Assembly (NCBI GenBank): GCA_964057225.1
Contig: CAXKVF010000072.1
Span: forward strand, 310,001 to 374,000
Direction of reading: 5' to 3'
DNA from: Auanema rhodensis
Lineage: Eukaryota; Animalia; Nematoda
Length of the DNA stretch: 64,000 nt
Part shown: in pieces, positions 58,701 through 64,000 of the stretch
How positions within the stretch are numbered: position 1 is the first letter of the stretch
Layout: each line of letters starts with the position of its first letter
Translations under genes and position numbers: made by a program
The notes under the pieces: model-generated
The model's input: only the letters and a program-made list of their open reading frames with translations
Told to the model about the DNA's origin: nothing
Database searches by the model: none

Positions 58701-61700
58701 GCACCAATATCAATAAAAATTTGTTTTTAGACTAATATGGACATGGGGAATCTAATTTTGAAAACCGCATCTCTTTATCTTTTACGTGAAGCGAGTTACA
58801 TACCAAGTGCACATCACGTGTACATTTAATTAGCATAAATTAAAGTTCACGTAAATTTCAAAGTCATGGTTACCATGCACCAATATCAATAAAAATTTGT
58901 TTTTAGACTAATATGGACATGGGGAATCTAATTTTGAAAACCGCATCTCTTTATCTTTCACGTGAAGCGAGTTACATACCAAGTGCACATCACGTGTACA
59001 TTTAATTAGCATAAATTAAAGTTCACGTAAATTTCAAAGTCATGGTTACCATGCACCAATATCAATAAAAATTTGTTTTTAGACTAATATGGACATGGGG
59101 AATCTAATTTTGAAAACCGCATCTCTTTATCTTTCACGTGAAGCGAGTTACATACCAAGTGCACATCACGTGTACATTTAATTAGCATAAATTAAAGTTC
59201 ACGTAAATTTCAAAGTCATGGTTACCATGCACCAATATCAATAAAAATTTGTTTTTAGACTAATATGGACATGGGGAATCTAATTTTGAAAACCGCATCT
59301 CTTCATCTTTCACGTGAAGCGAGTTACATACCAAGTGCACATCACGTGTACATTTAATTAGCATAAATTAAAGTTCACGTAAATTTCAAAGTCATGGTTA
59401 CCATGCACCAATATCAATAAAAATTTGTTTTTAGACTAATATGGACATGGGGAATCTAATTTTGAAAACCGCATCTCTTTATCTTTCACGTGAAGCGAGT
59501 TACATACCAAGTGCACATCACGTGTACATTTAATTAGCATAAATTAAAGTTCACGTAAATTTCAAAGTCATGGTTACCATGCACCAATATCAATAAAAAT
59601 TTGTTTTTAGACTAATATGGACATGGGGAATCTAATTTTGAAAACCGCATCTCTTCATCTTTCACGTGAAGCGAGTTACATACCAAGTGCACATCACGTG
59701 TACATTTAATTAGCATAAATTAAAGTTCACGTAAATTTCAAAGTCATGGTTACCATGCACCAATATCAATAAAAATTTGTTTTTAGACTAATATGGACAT
59801 GGGGAATCTAATTTTGAAAACCGCATCTCTTTATCTTTCACGTGAAGCGAGTTACATACCAAGTGCACATCACGTGTACATTTAATTAGCATAAACTAAA
59901 GTTCACGTAAATTTCAAAGTCATGGTTACCATGAACCAATATCAATAAAAATTTGTTTTTAGACTAATATGGACATGGGGAATCTAATTTTGAAAACCGC
60001 ATCTCTTTATCTTTTACGTGAAGCGAGTTACATACCAAGTGCACATCACGTGTACATTTAATTAGCATAAATTAAAGTTCACGTAAATTTCAAAGTCATG
60101 GTTACCATGCACCAATATCAATAAAAATTTGTTTTTAGACTAATATGGACATGGGGAATCTAATTTTGAAAACCGCATCTCTTTATCTTTTACGTGAAGC
60201 GAGTTACATACCAAGTGCACATCACGTGTACATTTAATTAGCATAAATTAAAGTTCACGTAAATTTCAAAGTCATGGTTACCATGCACCAATATCAATAA
60301 AAATTTGTTTTTAGACTAATATGGACATGGGGAATCTAATTTTGAAAACCGCATCTCTTTATCTTTCACGTGAAGCGAGTTACATACCAAGTGCACATCA
60401 CGTGTACATTTAATTAGCATAAACTAAAGTTCACGTAAATTTCAAAGTCATGGTTACCATGAACCAATATCAATAAAAATTTGTTTTTAGACTAATATGG
60501 ACATGGGGAATCTAATTTTGAAAACCGCATCTCTTTATCTTTCACGTGAAGCGAGTTACATACCAAGTGCACATCACGTGTACATTTAATTAGCATAAAT
60601 TAAAGTTCACGTAAATTTCAAAGTCATGGTTACCATGAAGCAATATCAATAAAAATTTGTTTTTAGACTAATATGGACATGGGGAATCTAATTTTGAAAA
60701 CCGCATCTCTTTATCTTTCACGTGAAGCGAGTTACATACCAAGTGCACATCACGTGTACATTTAATTAGCATAAATTAAAGTTCACGTAAAATTCAAAGT
60801 CATGGTTACCATGCACCAATATCAATAAAAATTTGTTTTTAGACTAATATGGACATGGGGAATCTAATTTTGAAAACCGCATCTCTTTATCTTTTACGTG
60901 AAGCGAGTTACATACCAAGTGCACATCACGTGTACATTTAATTAGCATAAATTAAAGTTCACGTAAATTTCAAAGTCATGGTTACCATGCACCAATATCA
61001 ATAAAAATTTGTTTTTAGACTAATATGGACATGGGGAATCTAATTTTGAAAACCGCATCTCTTTATCTTTTACGTGAAGCGAGTTACATACCAAGTGCAC
61101 ATCACGTGTACATTTAATTAGCATAAATTAAAGTTCACGTAAAATTCAAAGTCATGGTTACCATGCACCAATATCAATAAAAATTTGTTTTTAGACTAAT
61201 ATGGACATGGGGAATCTAATTTTGAAAACCGCATCTCTTTATCTTTTACGTGAAGCGAGTTACATACCAAGTGCACATCACGTGTACATTTAATTAGCAT
61301 AAATTAAAGTTCACGTAAATTTCAAAGTCATGGTTACCATGCACCAATATCAATAAAAATTTGTTTTTAGACTAATATGGAAATGGGGAATCTAATTTTG
61401 AAAACCGCATCTCTTTATCTTTTACGTGAAGCGAGTTACATACCAAGTGCACATCACGTGTACATTTAATTAGCATAAATTAAAGTTCACGTAAATTTCA
61501 AAGTCATGGTTACCATGCACCAATATCAATAAAAATTTGTTTTTAGACTAATATGGACATGGGGAATCTAATTTTGAAAACCGCATCTCTTTATCTTTTA
61601 CGTGAAGCGAGTTACATACCAAGTGCACATCACGTGTACATTTAATTAGCATAAATTAAAGTTCACGTAAATTTCAAAGTCATGGTTACCATGAACCAAT

Positions 61701-64000
61701 ATCAATAAAAATTTGTTTTTAGACTAATATGGACATGGGGAATCTGATTTTGAAAACCGCATCTCTTTATCTTTCACGTGACGCGAGTTACATACCAAGT
61801 GCACATCACGTGTACATTTAATTAGCATAAATTAAAGTTCACGTAAAATTCAAAGTCATGGTTACCATGCACCAATATCAATAAAAATTTGTTTTTAGAC
61901 TAATATGGACATGGGGAATCTAATTTTGAAAACCGCATCTCTTTATCTTTTACGTGAAGCGAGTTACATACCAAGTGCACATCACGTGTACATTTAATTA
62001 GCATAAATTAAAGTTCACGTAAATTTCAAAGTCATGGTTACCATGCACCAATATCAATAAAAATTTGTTTTTAGACTAATATGGACATGGGGAATCTAAT
62101 TTTGAAAACCGCATCTCTTTATCTTTTACGTGAAGCGAGTTACATACCAAGTGCACATCACGTGTACATTTAATTAGCATAAATTAAAGTTCACGTAAAT
62201 TTCAAAGTCATGGTTACCATGAACCAATATCAATAAAAATTTGTTTTTAGACTAATATGGACATGGGGAATCTAATTTTGAAAACCGCATCTCTTTATCT
62301 TTCACGTGAAGCGAGTTACATACCAAGTGCACATCACGTGTACATTTAATTAGCATAAATTAAAGTTCACGTAAATTTCAAAGTCATGGTTACCATGCAC
62401 CAATATCAATAAAAATTTGTTTTTAGACTAATATGGACATGGGGAATCTAATTTTGAAAACCGCATCTCTTTATCTTTCACGTGAAGCGAGTTACATACC
62501 AAGTGCACATCACGTGTACATTTAATTAGCATAAATTAAAGTTCACGTAAATTTCAAAGTCATGGTTACCATGCACCAATATCAATAAAAATTTGTTTTT
62601 AGACTAATATGGACATGGGGAATCTAATTTTGAAAACCGCATCTCTTTATCTTTTACGTGAAGCGAGTTACATACCAAGTGCACATCACGTGTACATTTA
62701 ATTAGCATAAATTAAAGTTCACGTAAATTTCAAAGTCATGGTTACCATGCACCAATATCAATAAAAGTTTGTTTTTAGACTAATATGGACATGGGGAATC
62801 TAATTTTGAAAACCGCATCTCTTTATCTTTTACGTGAAGCGAGTTACATACCAAGTGCACATCACGTGTACATTTAATTAGCATAAATTAAAGTTCACGT
62901 AAAATTCAAAGTCATGGTTACCATGCACCAATATCAATAAAAATTTGTTTTTAGACTAATATGGACATGGGGAATCTAATTTTGAAAACCGCATCTCTTT
63001 ATCTTTTACGTGAAGCGAGTTACATACCAAGTGCACATCACGTGTACATTTAATTAGCATAAATTAAAGTTCACGTAAATTTCAAAGTCATGGTTACCAT
63101 GCACCAATATCAATAAAAATTTGTTTTTAGACTAATATGGAAATGGGGAATCTAATTTTGAAAACCGCATCTCTTTATCTTTTACGTGAAGCGAGTTACA
63201 TACCAAGTGCACATCACGTGTACATTTAATTAGCATAAATTAAAGTTCACGTAAATTTCAAAGTCATGGTTACCATGCACCAATATCAATAAAAATTTGT
63301 TTTTAGACTAATATGGACATGGGGAATCTAATTTTGAAAACCGCATCTCTTTATCTTTTACGTGAAGCGAGTTACATACCAAGTGCACATCACGTGTACA
63401 TTTAATTAGCATAAATTAAAGTTCACGTAAATTTCAAAGTCATGGTTACCATGCACCAATATCAATAAAAATTTGTTTTTAGACTAATATGGACATGGGG
63501 AATCTAATTTTGAAAACCGCATCTCTTCATCTTTCACGTGAAGCGAGTTACATACCAAGTGCACATCACGTGTACATTTAATTAGCATAAATTAAAGTTC
63601 ACGTAAATTTCAAAGTCATGGTTACCATGCACCAATATCAATAAAAATTTGTTTTTAGACTAATATGGACATGGGGAATCTAATTTTGAAAACCGCATCT
63701 TTTTATCTTTCACGTGAAGCGAGTTACATACCAAGTGCACATCACGTGTACATTTAATTAGCATAAATTAAAGTTCACGTAAATTTCAAAGTCATGGTTA
63801 CCATGAACCAATATCAATAAAAATTTGTTTTTAGACTAATATGGACATGGGGAATCTAATTTTGAAAACCGCATCTGTTTATCTTTCACGTGAAGCAAGT
63901 TACATACCGAGTGCACATCACGTGTACATTTAATTAGCATAAATTAAAGTTCACGTAAATTTCAAAGTCATAGTTACCATGCACCAATATCAATAAAAAT

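Larger units (their letters stand above)
1..64000 (+). repeat. Tandem satellite DNA array, 176-bp monomer, ~363 complete copies plus a partial; runs off both window ends; probably (peri)centromeric or heterochromatic eukaryotic satellite
   Basis: AAAACCGCATCTC recurs every 176 bp (1, 177, ... 2641, ... 8097). Phase shifts only at 8097-8263 (-9), 32024-32344 (+145) and five -32 monomers at 49.4-52.2 kb. The last start is at 63865. No inversion or foreign insertion was seen. The centromeric role is inferred from monomer length and homogeneity only. Confidence 0.99.

Noticed and set aside
1-64000. CRISPR array or repeat-spacer system
   Set aside because: There are no unique spacers; the sequence between the palindromes is the same in every unit, and there are no cas genes.

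Overview
The whole 64 kb window is one uninterrupted, head-to-tail, single-orientation tandem satellite array of a 176-bp AT-rich monomer (about 32% GC by hand count). It holds about 363 complete monomers plus a 136-bp partial copy, and neighbouring copies usually differ at only 0-3 sites. I found no credible gene, RNA gene, transposon, CRISPR array or unique sequence; the single 60-aa ORF is a by-product of point mutations in one monomer. The monomer length and homogeneity fit a eukaryotic (peri)centromeric-type satellite, but I do not recognise the family or organism. The interest lies in the internal structure. (1) The monomer is rich in dyads, with three TCACGT cores spaced 32-33 bp apart. 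(2) Seven length-variant monomers have junctions on internal microhomologies: one 9-bp deletion, one 66-bp triplication with a nested 13-bp duplication, and five 32-bp deletions. (3) Shared SNPs reveal nested higher-order duplications at offsets of 3 to 58 monomers. (4) Variant haplotypes turn over from left to right, and two rising variants (C23T, T96A) convert cores 1 and 3 into a perfect 10-11-bp inverted repeat. Monomer positions ('pos') are numbered from the copy at 1-176. All counts were made by eye and should be confirmed by alignment.
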